From Gekko japonicus (Eukaryota): 64,000 nucleotides of DNA. The DNA is taken from NCBI RefSeq assembly GCF_001447785.1, contig NW_015171530.1, forward strand, positions 434,001 to 498,000. The letters are read 5' to 3'. The notes below the pieces were generated by a model that saw nothing but the letters and a program-made list of their open reading frames with translations, made no database searches and had not been told where the DNA came from. Positions 34,552 through 48,015 of the stretch are shown in pieces. The position numbers and the translations under genes are program-made. Each line of letters starts with the position of its first letter. Position 1 is the stretch's first letter.

Positions 34552-36911
34552 ACCAACCCAGAGTTTTAAGACTCAGCCTAGCTCTCTCTCACCCCCCCTC
34601 CCGCGTTTTAAGACTCAGCCTGGATCTTGATCTTTCTCACACACACACAGAGAGAGAGAGAGCCAGGCTTGTATGAGCCTTTTTGTGGAACCAGCATTTT
34701 GTTGGGGGAACTTCAAAACTGCTGAGAGTCCTTCTTTTTCTTGAATGTTGTTTCTTTAAGGAAAACGGGGTTTGTAGCAACTGTGTGTTTCCGAATTCTG
34801 CCCAGAAAAATTAGAAGTGGAGTGCCCAATTTCTCTCCTTCTGCAGGGCACTGTAGAGCAAAGGCAATATAGCCCTCGGACTCACGTTATATGAAGTCCT
34901 CAGGGTATGATATTTGAGCACCCTCATGAGCTGTTTGAGGCTCATGAAGAAGGGAGGTTATATTCTCCAAATGCAAAGACACAGCCCCTGGCACTGGCAT
35001 CCTTGTGGTGGGAATTTCAGTCACGGAGTAAGGAAGTGGTGGATGGCTCTTTTCCCTTAGATCTTAAATCAAGATGCAGAGTGTGGAAGGCTTATTTCTT
35101 TAGTTATGTCTTCAGTGCAGGGTTGATCTTGTTACTCTGTGATGTGGTAATGTCAGAAGCCTACCCCTCCTCCAGTTCCTGCAGTGCTCCTCTTTTATTA
35201 TTAGGTGTATAGCCAGAGGACCTACCCAACAATGAAAAATCACATATTTTCCATGGTACCTGTGGATTTCAAGATGGCAGTGAAATCAAGCAGATTTCTT
35301 GATAGCTCCCTCATGATGGGGTGAGGAACCAGTCCCCAGTTGAGTACCTTCCATGATGTGCCCTTTCCCCCTTTCCTTCACTTGCTCATCCTGTCTTACG
35401 CTAACAGGTGCTGATGTCTGATGTTCTGGACTGGGTATCACACACACATCTTCTTGCCCAGCAATATATATTAGGATGATGAGCAGGCCTCCTTGTGGAC
35501 ACACAATTTTTGCAAGAAACATACTGTTTCTACCATCTAGTCATCAAAGGTGCACTGCCCCTGAATATGGAAGTTCCACTTTATGGAAACAAGCAGTGCT
35601 TGGCATCTTGTTGGCAACTGTTGGTGAAAAGAAAAGTGGACTGGATGGTTTTGGGGGACTGATCCAGCAAAGCAGTTCATATTTTGAAAACTCTTTAATC
35701 ATTGAAACCAGACGAAGCAACGGGACCTTTTGTCTGCTGAATTAAAAAGTGTGTGTATGTTTACATTAGCTCCATAAATGATTCAATGGTAATTCATTTT
35801 TATTATGGGATTATGAAAATCTCCTTTAAAAGTGGAACAGATTATTCTCATTTTCACTAATGATTGTTTAAAAGGTATATAGCATGTTGTAACTCTCAAA
35901 AGCAGACAGTAGGTGGAGCACTTGAGCACTGCCGTGTAGGACACAGTAACTGTTCACAGCTGAGGGGGGGACATCAGGCCCCCTTTGAGGATGGGGGGTA
36001 CTTGTGCATCTGATGATTCTGCTTTGGGGTATTCTGAGGCTGGTGATGTCAGCAGGACCTCTGGCTAAGCACTTAAGAGGTAGGAAAGGAAACTCTTGAC
36101 TGCATAAGCCGGCTGTGCCCTTGTTCCCACCCCTTACTGTAATACACTCTGCACCTCTTTAATCCTCTGGGATTTGGGATTTCTGTAGCCTCTGAGGGAA
36201 TGCCAGAGTTTTGCATGGTGTTAGTAGTGGGGACAAGCTCAAAATGGCAAGAGAATGAACCGTACATGGGGTGAAATCTATGATAAATGAAGAGGTGAAC
36301 AGATCTCCAGATGAATTCAATAAGTTGGGTAGAAGGTACTTTGCCGTGGGGCTGCAATTCTTCCACGAGGAGGATACTCGTTGTGCTGAAACCTCTAAGA
36401 GGTACTTGCCTCTGTGTGGTAGCCCAGGAGCTTCTGTGCCTGAGGCGGCTGAAGAATTGCTAACCTCAGGGTGAGGAAGCCCAAATGCATCATCTGCTCT
36501 TCATTTATTTATTTACTTTATGTAAAACATCTATATGCCACCTTTCCACCCAAATAGGGTCCCCGTGGCTCCCTTCAGCTGAGAATGTAGCCTTAGCAAG
36601 TGTGGAAATCTGCTGTCTGATACAGGACTGGGTGGATGGGGTACAACTGGCTGTTTTTCAGACCTCCTTTGGCCCAGGCTCGTTCCCTATGGAGTCCTTG
36701 AGAAGAGAGACAACATACACAAAGGTCTGGCCGGTGGAATAATCAGGAGTGATTACTGCTCTGGCTACTTGCCTTGAAAACCCTACAGGGTCACCATAGA
36801 TTGGGTGTGACTTGATAGCCCCCCCCCCCCAAAAAAAAAAGACTTGAATGGCTAGTAAATGCCTTGGTGACAGCACCCCCTACTGTAAAAAAGAAGTACC
36901 ACTTCAGTGCT

Positions 36912-36917
36912 TTTATT
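36912..36917 (-). terminator. YPEL3 polyadenylation signal
   Basis: Minus-strand AATAAA about 540 nt after the YPEL3 stop. Confidence 0.7.
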
Positions 36918-36981
36918 TATATATATATATAATACATACTCTCACAAAGTCACAAATACTGTACAATCCTTGCCTTCCCCA

Positions 36982-37182
36982 TTCCACTATACAATTGCCG
37001 TCGTAATTTTTGAATACACACTCTGTACAATAACCCCCCCCACACACACACACTCCTCCCCTCCCCCTCCCAAACCCTGCTTTCCACTATACAATTGCTG
37101 TCGTAATTTTTGAATACACACTCTGTACAATAACCCCCCCCACACACACACACTCCTCCCCTCCCCCTCCCAAACCCTGCTT
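36982..37182. repeat. 100-bp tandem duplication in the YPEL3 3' UTR
   Basis: Two copies offset by exactly 100 bp with one internal substitution (gccg/gctg). Confidence 0.93.
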
Positions 37183-37453
37183 GCACACTGACCCTGGCCT
37201 AGGTGTCTCCTTGTGCACTGCCTCCTTTTGCCACGTGAGGGCATCATATCTGAGCCATGGGTGTGGCCTCCCAGCAGAAGCTCCGCCTCCTCCTTCACAA
37301 CTCAGAGGCATCCAGAAGTGATTTGGGTGGCAGCCCATCGGCTGGGAAGGCAGAGGCAAGTTTTGTGGAAATTGTCATTTCTCAGGCTCCACCGACTACA
37401 TGTCATTAGCCAAAGGTGGCGAGATCCTGCTTCTTTCCGCTGTCCCTCTCTTT

Positions 37454-40400
37454 TCAGTCCCAGCCATTATCCTTGATCATGTGGTTGAGTTCAATGATAT
37501 ATTTCCCCTCCTTGTATTTCTGACTGGTCTCGAAGGCTTGCTCCTGCAAGACACAAGAATGCAAAGGGTGTTGAAGAGTGTGTGAGCTTTCTTAAAAGCA
37601 GTGCATTAGTCGCAGGGAGAGGAAGATGAGGGGCGGCCGGTGAAAACTCACATATTTCCATCCAAGTGTGGTTTTGCAGTTTTCACAGTAGATATCGGCC
37701 ACAGCGTGTAGACCTGTCAGCAGGACCCGTTCTTCGGCTGGCCCACATCCAACATTTACTCTGTGCGGAGCCAAGAAACAAGAGACAGCCAGTGAGGTAT
37801 AGCGGTGAAAGCGGTGAACTAGGGCTGGAGAGATGAGTTCCAACCCCTGCTCAGAACTGAAGCTCCCTGGGTGACAATGGACCTGTTACTCTTTCTCAGC
37901 CTGACCTGCCTCACAGGGATATTGCTGCCCTGAACTCCTTCGAAGAAGGGCAGAAAGAAACATAGAAAAAAGGAATGGGTTGAGGGGCACAGTGTCACTT
38001 AGCTCTACCAATGCCTGTTTACCCATAATCCCTCGTATTTTCCTAGTCTGAGTTTTCCCTTGCCTTTAAATCAGTGAAGGCCTCAAGTTCTGCCTGTGTG
38101 GCCTCACAGGTTCAGCCTTGAAATTTTTTTTTTGTCAGACAGCCTGAGAGACTGGGTTGAAGACTGTGTACCAGTCAGGGTTGATGGCAGGGTCATTTGA
38201 ATGCTGAGGCTCCTTTCGTAAAGGACCATCTCTGGGAATTCCCATTTCTGGCAGTTCCCCTCATCACTGCATGTCTACTCATCCCATCTGCTGTTCCTAA
38301 GCTTGTTGGTTTGCACGTTATGGGAGAATGGGGAGGACCCAGCACATCACCCCCTTTTATTTTTAAAATTATTTTTTATTATTATTCTATTATTAAATTT
38401 ATATGCCGAGGCAACTAACAGCAACTAAAGTATTAACAGCCGTCAAATAAAAACATAAAACTAAAAGGCAGCCCACATAAACAGACCCAGTTAATGAAAA
38501 GCTAAGCAGAAGAGCCTGTGTACTGTCTGACAACTGATTCCACCAGGATGGGGCCACCACAAAGAAAGCCCTCATCCTGGTAGATGCCAGGCAAACATTC
38601 TGGGGGCTAGGTACCACAAGCAGGTTGTGGGTTGAAGAACACAAATTTTTTTGGGGGGGGGAATATGTCAGAAGAGGCGGTCTGCCATGTATGAAGGTCC
38701 CAGACCATTTAGGGCTTTAAAGGTAATCACCAGCACCTCAAATTTGATCTGGAACTCAACTGGCAGTCTCTTGGCATGGGTCCTGCCTTATCACAGAGGT
38801 CATCAGAGTTTGCACGTATACCAGTGGACAAAGTTGCGGTTTTCATTGAGTTGTGCCTGGGGTGAACTAGTTCAGATTGCAGGCAAGGGCTGCATGAATA
38901 TTTATTTCATTATTGAGAAAACCTGCACCCTGCCTCTCCAAGAAATCTGCACAATGGAATGCTTCCTATCAACAACAAGATGGTTTTGTGTAGAAAACTA
39001 GAATGTTTAAAGTTTGGCTAGGTTTGGGATCCTTTTCTCTGACATGCTGCTCCTCTCGCAGAGAGGGCCATGCCCCTAAACACGGAGAACTAGGTCACTG
39101 GCACAACAACTTGAGCCCACAACAGGCCTGGGATAGGGCAGAGATCCTTTCTCACAGACTGCTTTGTAGCTGCCCTTTGACCGGAGTCTGCTTCTTTCTA
39201 TGATACTCACACAGAGTTGAATAAATACGCCCGGCCTTGGCTCCCTTGGAAAGACTGTAATGACAAGAAGACGAGGGGAACAGCTTTAAATAAACACCTC
39301 GATTGACTCTTTGCTGCACGTCCCCCTTTGCAGGATTCCTCGCCCTCACCACGGTCCTGACCAGCAGCGTCCCCCTCGGACTTTCGTCTGTCCGTGAGCC
39401 CACAGCCGCTTCCCTGCTCCCTGCTGCATTTCCTTGTTTGTTCTCTGGCTTGCTTTCAGGCACACCTCATCTCTGCACACTGAATTCAATTTAATCATTA
39501 ATCAGCTCGCAGCCGAAACCTGTTGACCTTGCAGTGTCTCAGCCACCAGGGTGTGGATGGTTGAGCAAGAATCAACAAGCCCCCCTTGAGAAAACTGTCC
39601 AGCTTGAGGAGACAAATATCCCATCTCCTTGCTGCTTTCCAGATTCCCCCCCCCTCTCCCCCCATCACCTGCCTTTATCCTTCAGTTATAACTCCCTTCC
39701 TTTAAGTACTAGGAAGATTTACAAGTTTTGTTTGCTTAATTGTGGTTCCCTGACTGTATAATCGGGCAGTTGGGGATAGTCCTTCCCTTTTCTCACTCAT
39801 CTGTTAGAAGCTAAATTGCTCACCCTAACAGGAAGTGGAAGCGCTTCTAGGTCTGTGTTCTGGCCTAACAGGGAGGTGTGTCTCGGGAGATTTCCCCCGA
39901 GATCCTCTGGCCCATTCTGGGGATCTGGGCAATGCAGCATAGTGCTGTGGGTAGAACTGAGGCACCGGAATGGTGCAGTGGATAAAATAACCTTTTTGGA
40001 AAATCAAAGCACAAATCCTGCCTCTGCCACAGGCTGCCCAGAGCCTTGACCTTCTTACCTTTATTCCCCATCTGCAAACTGTGAATAATGGTGACCTACC
40101 TAGCAGGGTTGCTGCAGAAGGCCGTTTGAAAGTGTGTGATATATAATAACTCACATTAGGGTTAGGATGGGGGAAAGCAGAGTAGGATTCCCTATAATGA
40201 TAGCTTTTTAAAAAAAAAACACTAATGTTAAAACTAACTAATGTTAAAAGTAATGTTTAACCACGTCTGGATTTGTTTGTTTGTTTGTTAAACCAACTGG
40301 CAGAGAAGACAGCCACCTCTTCCCTGGGTTGCTGTCTGTCAGAAATATCCTGGTACTCTTTATACCTTGGAGATAAGGTCGTCGTGGTTGGCCAGGTGTG

Positions 40401-40482
40401 CCCGGCAATGCACACAGCTGTAGCGTCGGTGGCAGTTGTCCAGATAGGCTTGGAAAGTTTTGGGTTTGGACAGCCTCACCAT
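37454..40482 (-). CDS. YPEL3: Protein yippee-like 3 (119 aa)
   Basis: complement join(40366-40482,39211-39254,37652-37760,37454-37543) = 360 nt. [26 protein letters not shown]...[15 protein letters not shown]...[12 protein letters not shown]...[12 protein letters not shown] with two CxxC pairs. Synteny with TBX6 and GDPD3. Confidence 0.97.
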
Positions 40483-43400
40483 TGTCGTGTGGTCATAAAA
40501 TGGAGAGAGAAGCTGCAGGAGAGTTGTGCAGAAATGTGCAGTCCTCCGACGGGGGAAGCCTGAAATGCCGTAAGAGAGAGGAGTGATGAGATAAGCAGAA
40601 TGTGGGAGAGCTTGGGAGGGGTGTGGTCGTTTGGTGGGGACAGGATTTTTGGGTTCTCAGTTGAGGGGATGTGTTCGAGCCCGGAAGGTTAGGAGCTGAG
40701 ATGCCTGGATTCAATTTCCCAGCTCTTGCCATTGGCTAAATACTGTCTAACCAGTCTGGTTTCTCAACCAAAACAGTACCACGTGCTCTGGCTCCCAAGG
40801 CATGTTCTAGGAGGCTCAGCTTGTAATAAACCTCGAGATGTAGGTCAGCACAGATCATCTTGTGATGGAGAAGTATTGCTTAGAATAGAATACAAGCGTC
40901 CTGGCTCTCCCATGCTGCCTCTCTCCAAAGAACTTCCCCTCCTCTTTCCAATAACGTTGCCACTCTGATGCCCGCTAGATCCTCTTTGCCCTTCTTTTTT
41001 TGAACAACCCAGGAATCCTTGCTTTCCAAATCCCTTCATTTGTCCTCCCCCATCAGATCCAGGAGTTCTGGCACTTTGACAAAAAAAAAAATGTAAAACA
41101 AACTTCCTTGTTTCAACACATGACAAGCTTTCCCTTTGGCCCCTGTTTTAAGGTATATGCCACCCAACTCAGTGGGTTGATGTCTCCCAAGAGGGCAGGT
41201 TTTGAAAATGCTACCTTGTGTTCAGGAACTCTTTAGGGGGAGAAGGTGATGGGCGGATGGGCAGATGGATGGATGGGGTCGTGGTGTTAAAATGCAGTGC
41301 CCATTTACGGTGAGATTGTTGAAGGATAAACACAGGAAAAAGCAAACAAACAATTTGCAGAAGGAATAGTGAGGAGTGTTAAACAGTGTTAAAAATATGC
41401 AGTTGTAAAAAGATGGCAGGAGTGAAGGATGCCTATAATGTAATTGTGGATGAGTGCAGAAGGAATATTTGAAGATGTGGGACGCGGGGGAGAGCCGAAG
41501 GGGGAAGGATGATCCGGAAGACAATGTGAGTGCTGAGAAGGGGGAAAGGTGTAAAGGAAGAGGCAGATGAGCACAGAATTAAGAGCAGAGAAACTGGAAC
41601 TGTCAAATGAATGCGGAAGAGAAAGGCGTACAGCAACCTGCGGATGAGTCTAGGAGAGAGGAGGGAAAAAATAACTAGTGCAGGGAAAAGGGGGCTGGTG
41701 AACATGCAGTGGCTTAAATAAATGCTGCACAGGAGCGAGAGGGCGGGGGGGAGGGGGGGAAGGCAGACGAAGAACCCTCCGCAAGGAGGCTGGAGGCTTC
41801 CTTTGCAAAGGGAGGCGGCTGGCTGGGGCTGGGCGGAGGGGGAAAAGTCTGGAACATGACGAGGGGGAGGGAAAGGGAGGCGGCTCCTTGAAAGCGAAGC
41901 AAGTGAACCAACCAAGCCTGCGGGCAGGGGAATGCTGACTTGGGGAAATGGAGGCTGTGTCTCTGTCTTTGCAAACAAAAAGAAGACCCTGGGTTCCCTG
42001 GCACTGTGTGTGTGTGTGTGTATGTGAGTGAGAGAGATAGATTTGGGGGATCTCTGTGATGCAGTCTGCAGAAGACCCTGCATTCCCCAGGTTTCCCACC
42101 TCCTCTCTAAAACGTTGTCTTCTTTCTCATTGCAGATGCTAGATCTGATCTCCGCTCCCCTAGCAGACCCCACTACCTCTGGGGTTTTTATGCTTGGGGT
42201 GGGGAGGGGGAGGTATTTTCCTTTCTGTTTCCCCTGTTTCCCCTAGCTGTAGATAAGATTATGTTAGCTGTAGCAAAAGTAATTATGAGAGGAACAAAGG
42301 GGAACACGGGGCCAAATGTGGTGTCCAGAGTGGCTAGAGTGGGGCAGTGGCTAGAGAGTTCTACTAGGACCTGGGAGACCCGTTTGCCATAAAATGTACC
42401 AGGTGACGTTGGGCCAGTCCTTTTTTCTCAGCCTAATCCACCTCACAAGGCTCTTATGAAGGCAAAACGGAGGAGGGGAGAACCAGATATGCAGCCTTGA
42501 ACGCCTCAGAGGAAGGCGAGGATAAAAATGTTCTATAGGAAACAGTGCTCTGGGTCATTTTAGGCCTTTATACAGGAATTCTAAACAAATATTGCCCCAT
42601 TATTAGAGAACGTTTTGTAAATTGTAGGGACTGTTCTTGGTGATTAGGATTCAGCCTGGATCCTAATGACAGGGTAATAGGACTAGCCATTATCTTAGCC
42701 AATATGGAGGCACCTTATTAGCTAGAGATAATATCAGTTTACCAGTTACTAGAAATACAGTGCAGCGAACAGGAGAATCACAGGGATAAGCCTGTTCCAG
42801 TCTGATTTAAGGACAGGTGGATGCTGAATGCTTGACAGGAATGAGTTTGAGCTTACATTAAGGTCATCAAACAATATGGGCCTGCTTTAATATTATGGGA
42901 AGTACAGACTGTTGCATGCTACTGGTACAGTGTGAAAAGGGATTTTCTTAAGATGGTTTAATACAGGAGATCTATAAATAGATATTCAATCTTCAGTGAG
43001 GGCATAGGGCCCATTCTTGACCTTGGTTTCATGGTTCCTAGGGTGAATATATCTGTTTATGATTAAATAATGACATTTTAGGTACCTTAATATGAAATAT
43101 AGGCTTTGTTCTAAACTTTTATTGGTGCTTTCTGCAGTAATCAACTTTTTCCTGTGGGAAGTTAGGGATGAGTACAGGTAGCATGTGATTTTTAGTCTAT
43201 CCAGTACTTGAGAAAACATGGTCTGCATTATACTACAATAACCTCTCTTCTATGAAATATGGGTTAATAGACTAATGGGGAGGAGCCCATGAAAGCAAGT
43301 TGTATCAAGCATTACACGGCAAGCCACATATCAGAGATATTGGTTATGTATTTAATACTCTCTAATCCTAATCTGTTACACACAAAAACTATAATTTATA

Positions 43401-44403
43401 TGCAGGTAGAGGGAATGAAGAAACAGGAGGTGACATAGGTGTAGAAATGGGTACTGAATGATTGTGAGTTAAAATTCCTATTTGGATTATCTACTGCAAG
43501 GAAGTGACAGACTCTTAACTAAGGAGACAGCACAATATGCCAGAGTTGTAGTTTTACATTGGACATACTGAGGCAAAATGTTTTCCAGTGATTTAATCAG
43601 TTATAAAAATGCATTTCAGAAATCCATATAATATGAAAAAAGAGTTGGGGCAGATTTTTTTTTAACCTAGCATTTAAAAAAATCAGAATTCTATTTTTTT
43701 TTTGTTTCAAGACTGTAAAATCAGTATTTCTTCCCCATCTGTCAGCTGTTGAAATTTGGAGCTAGAAAAACCAAATGTCCCTCTGCAGTAGGTTTGAAGC
43801 TTGGAATCATGAGACCTGGGATTCTGGGAAATACGGTAATGCATTTGCAGTTCTAGGCTATAAAGACATGGGTAAAGTAACCCACCCTTCATAAACAGTC
43901 CAGTAGCTATGACTCCATTTGATTTGGCTCAGTGCCTCCAATCAATAGTGAGCTGGCAATGTATTCTAGGGAACAACAACAATGCAGGCTGCTCAGAAAT
44001 GGATGCCATATTACCTTGTATTACAGGATCTCTAAAAAGATATCTGTACCTTTTTCACTGTGATGATGATATATGAGCCACTGGAATACAGGAGAAGGTA
44101 CATTGTCCTATAGAGAACAGCCTTCTTGGATTCCGGTTTTAAAAATAATTTACACAGTGGGTCAAACAAAGTACATGCGCCTATTTTAAAAACAAGAGTC
44201 ACAATTATCACCAAGGACTGTCTTACGGATGGGTAAAATAAACTGTCCCTGATACGCATTTTATCCTGTTTTGTTTACCAGATCTCTTTTTCTCCTAGCA
44301 GCAAATTAGATGATAGTTTCATGACACGAGATGCCCACAGTCAGCCACTGCGGTCACCTGGCCTGAATACCTAACAAGTATAAGGTACCCACCATAATCT
44401 TAC

Positions 44404-44712
44404 CTGGCAAGAGAGAAATGCAGAAGAACCTCCTTCTTTTGATGAAGCCTCTTAGCCCTCCCGATGCACAGGTACCTTTCCTTGAGAGGGTATTTGGGCA
44501 GCTTTGTGAGAGGGGAGGCACCCTGCGGAGAGACCTGCAGGCCCCCCGAAAAGCGCCAGCTGGAAGTCTAGACTTCCTCTTGTTTACAAACCAAAGCTGA
44601 GAAACAAAGGTGTCTCCTCCCCTTTCCCCCCTCTCTCCCTCCTCCTTTCTGCGGGCTTCCCCCTTTGCTCCTTCCTCTTTCCAGCCAGCCAATGAAAGGA
44701 GAGTATGCAAAT
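44404..44712 (-). promoter_or_regulatory. Candidate YPEL3 upstream promoter and first exon
   Basis: Strong donor CAG|GTAAG at 44404/44403, forkhead site TTGTTTAC at 44580-44587 (also 44271-44278), CCAAT at 44689-44693 and octamer ATGCAAAT at 44705-44712. Confidence 0.45.
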
Positions 44713-45689
44713 AAACTGCAGAACTTTAAAAGGGGAGGGGAAGCACATTAACTGGCACATACTTTGTGGGTGGAGAAGTTGCAATGCAAGGACTTGCGCT
44801 GTGTGTGCATCAGCCTGCTATGGGAATAAGCAGAGCTCAGTGCATTGAATGCTACTGAGCCTATGCAGAGTTCCTTTTCCTGAAGCATAAGGCAGAACTT
44901 CCACACACACAGAGACACATACAAAAATGCAAAAATACCTAGATAGATAGATGCCGTTAACTTTCAGGCAGCCCTGAAGCCCTGATTCAGGATTAGAATA
45001 TCAGTGAGAATCAGAGAATTCAAATTTGTCTCCTGCAACTTTACATTTTGCAAACAGACACAAACTTCCTCCATTGGGGTGGCTGTTCTCAACATTTTCT
45101 AGCCAGAAACTTCAAAGGGAAACTCCAGATTGAAACTGTTGAATTAGAATCCATCAAGAAGTATGCTATTATTACGTGTGCCCCCCCCCCCTTTGCTAAG
45201 TGATGAGAAGTTCTGGGGGCAAGCGCTGATTCAGACTGGCTCTCATGGGAGCACTAGAGACTTGTGGTATTTTTATTAAATATACAGGTAGGACCCACAT
45301 GAAGGCACAGAGATAGTCCTATAAGATTCACCATCTTACATCAAATCCCCACAGAGAAATCTTGCACCTTCCCGCTGCTTCAGCCCCCACCACTGCCTTT
45401 ATCTCGCCCTGTACTCCCAGTCTCAAACACTGTGCTACCTTTTTACACAGACACAGGCTTCCCACTCCCATCAATTGCAGAGCTGTATGTGGAGAGTGTC
45501 ATCTCCCTCAAGCCCTGATGGGTATCTTGAACAGCCGGTTTCCTAGCATCTGCCTGTGGAGACATCCACACTCATTAAACCCCTGTTTCTTTTCTCATGC
45601 AGGATTTGCACAATTGTGGTCACTCGTGTCCCTAAAAAGGCAATGCAGCGCTGTGGAAACATTTAAGGGGCAAGCAACATGATTACAGG

Positions 45690-46475
45690 TTGAAGCACCT
45701 TTCCTATGAGAAGAGTACAGAATCTGGGGCTTTTCAGTTTAGAAGAAAGATGCATAAAGGGGCACATGATGGAAGCTTATAAAATTATACGTGAGGTGCA
45801 AAAAATGGACGGGGAGAACTTACATATTCAGGAGGGACCAAAAGAAGTACTTCCCTCAATAAGGAATTAAATTGTCGAATTCCCTACCAGTGGATGAGAT
45901 GATGGCCACTAGCAAAGATGGCTTTAAAGATGCTTAGAAGGATCCGTAGAAGGTAGTTCCATTATTGGTTTACCATGATGACTAAAGAGAACTTTCACAT
46001 CCAGCAGTAAACCTCTGAATACTGGTGCTCAGGGGTCATTTCGTAGAAAAAGAGGTGCAGGGGCTCATTAGCATAACTTATGCCACACCCCATGACATCA
46101 CTGGAAGTATGTCAGAAGGCAACACCCACCGCTCAGGCTCCACTGGACTGTTCTGGATTGCTAGCTATTGGGGGGGGGGAAACGTGCAGATCTGTCCTCG
46201 CAGAGGAGGGAGAGCTTGTACTTGAAGGCGGGCCGGGGTGGGGGCTCTGCAACTTACCTGGCTGCTTCTTGCTCCTCCTGGCCCGACTGAGGGCTGCTGG
46301 GAGCAGGGGGCGGGGCTTGTTGCATGTTCCCACTCCCTGGGCTCCTTACTGCCGGAGCTCCACTCCTGTGCGCTCCCGCAGGAAATGACCCCTGCTGGTG
46401 CTAAGAGGCAACATGGGAGGAAGGCCTTGATCCTTATGGCTTGATTGCTAGTCCTCCAGGGCAACTAGTTGGCTA
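45690..46475 (+). mobile_element. Old CR1 3' fragment
   Basis: Degenerate YEE...LGLFSLE...DMMEAYKI sequence homologous to 1060-1480. Confidence 0.7.
46030..46394. mobile_element. hAT MITE (CAGGGGTCATTTC family) nested in CR1
   Basis: Perfect TSD ctggtgct; TIRs CAGGGGTCATTTC / GAAATGACCCCTG. Confidence 0.92.
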
Positions 46476-46736
46476 TGGTATTATTGGTTAATATAGCAGA
46501 GTTTTGCCCAGTCATAGACCCATTATGCACACACATCTTACTGCAGATTTTCAGAGCAGTAAGCCTTAAATCTTGACTTCGGATTCCATGCCTGCCTTAT
46601 GCCCTAGGGTTGCCATTACTTTTATTATCATAAAGTCTGGGCCGGTCACACATACTCAGCCTAACCTACCTCACAGGGTTGTTGTGCAGATAAAATGGAG
46701 GAGAGGAGAGTTATGTAAACCACCTTGGGTCCCCAC

Positions 46737-46942
46737 CAATGTTCCCCCTAAGCGGTGGAGTCTTGTGAGCAAAAATTCTACTTTGTGAGCTACTGGCATT
46801 AAAGTTCTGAGCAAGTGATTTGGCTGCTGCATCAATTAGTTTGCTCCGGAGCCATCCTTCCTGAGCTAAGACAAAAATCTGTGAGCAGGAGGCTCAAAAA
46901 CTGTGAGCTAGCTCACACTCACTCAGCTTAGAGGGAACACTG
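46737..46942. mobile_element. hAT MITE (TCCCTCTAAG family) nested in a SINE
   Basis: Perfect TSD gtccccac. Confidence 0.92.
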
Positions 46943-48015
46943 GTCCCCACTGGGGGAAAAGTGGAGTATAAATAAATAACTAAAATAATATAGTAACATA
47001 TTGTATTTAGGCAAAAATTCTCGAACAAGGGCTCAACATTTTCACCTGTTCTTCTCACCCATGGCCTTTATAAATCTTACTAAAATAATCTGGGCGAATT
47101 CGTTTTCATTGAGTGGTTTGGCACTGAGCGTTGTTCACATAGCAATTCACCTTGTCAGAGATTTTTTTTTTGCATGACCAATTTTATATTACACCTGTGA
47201 TGAGTACTTTGTTACCCATCTATTTATGAAACTAAAGATGTCACAAGAGAGTGGGAAGTGAGAGCCCGGTGGTGTAATGTCATCCAATTAACTCTGCCAC
47301 ATAGCCTGTATTCCATGTTAAGACTTTACAAACTGTAGATTGGAGGCTTCTCCATCACACCCTGAAACATCTTTCTACTCCACCCCCCCACCCCCCTATT
47401 TTTGCATTGACTACTCAGCCTGTTGGAGAGTTTTGGGGAGTTCAGAAGGTTGCACAGAGTTCCGTGATATTTCGGTTGGCCCCAATAAAAAGGTTTCACG
47501 CTGTTGTTGTTTTCTTAACTCAGTAGGAAGAGGTATATTGAGTTTGCCAAGGTTTATGTCAGGATGCAGAATCCCCCAGTCCTTATTTTGTAGATGTGTC
47601 AGCAGTGAGCATGGGGTCACAGGGATGCCAGCCTCCCCAGAATTACAGCTCCTCTCCAGACTACAGAGACCAGTTCCCCTGGAGAAAATGGGTGCTTTGG
47701 AGGGTGGGTTCTATGGAACTGAACCCCACTGAGGTCTCTGTACTTCCCAGGCTCCATCCCTAAATCTCCAGCAATTTCTCAACCTGGATCTGGCAATCCT
47801 AGGATGCCCCTTGGGGGGGGGGGGCACCATGTTTAGAGTGTTTTGCAGGACATAAAGCTTTGGCCTTGACAGGACCAGAAAGTTGTGGGGGAAGTCTTCT
47901 GGGGCAGGTCTATATCAGTTGGGATGTAGGAAGGCAGAGATGCAAAATTGAGGCTGATGAATACGAGTCCGGGAACAGAAATAAAGCCCAGCCTTTTTTT
48001 ATATATGTGTTTAAG

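Noticed and set aside
41433-42173. 246-aa ORF
   Set aside because: Low-complexity Pro/Leu/Ser content spanning a microsatellite and promoter-like DNA, with no recognisable domain.
42540-44300. Endogenous viral or hidden coding insert in the AT-rich stretch
   Set aside because: No long ORFs, splice-flanked exons or recognisable motifs.
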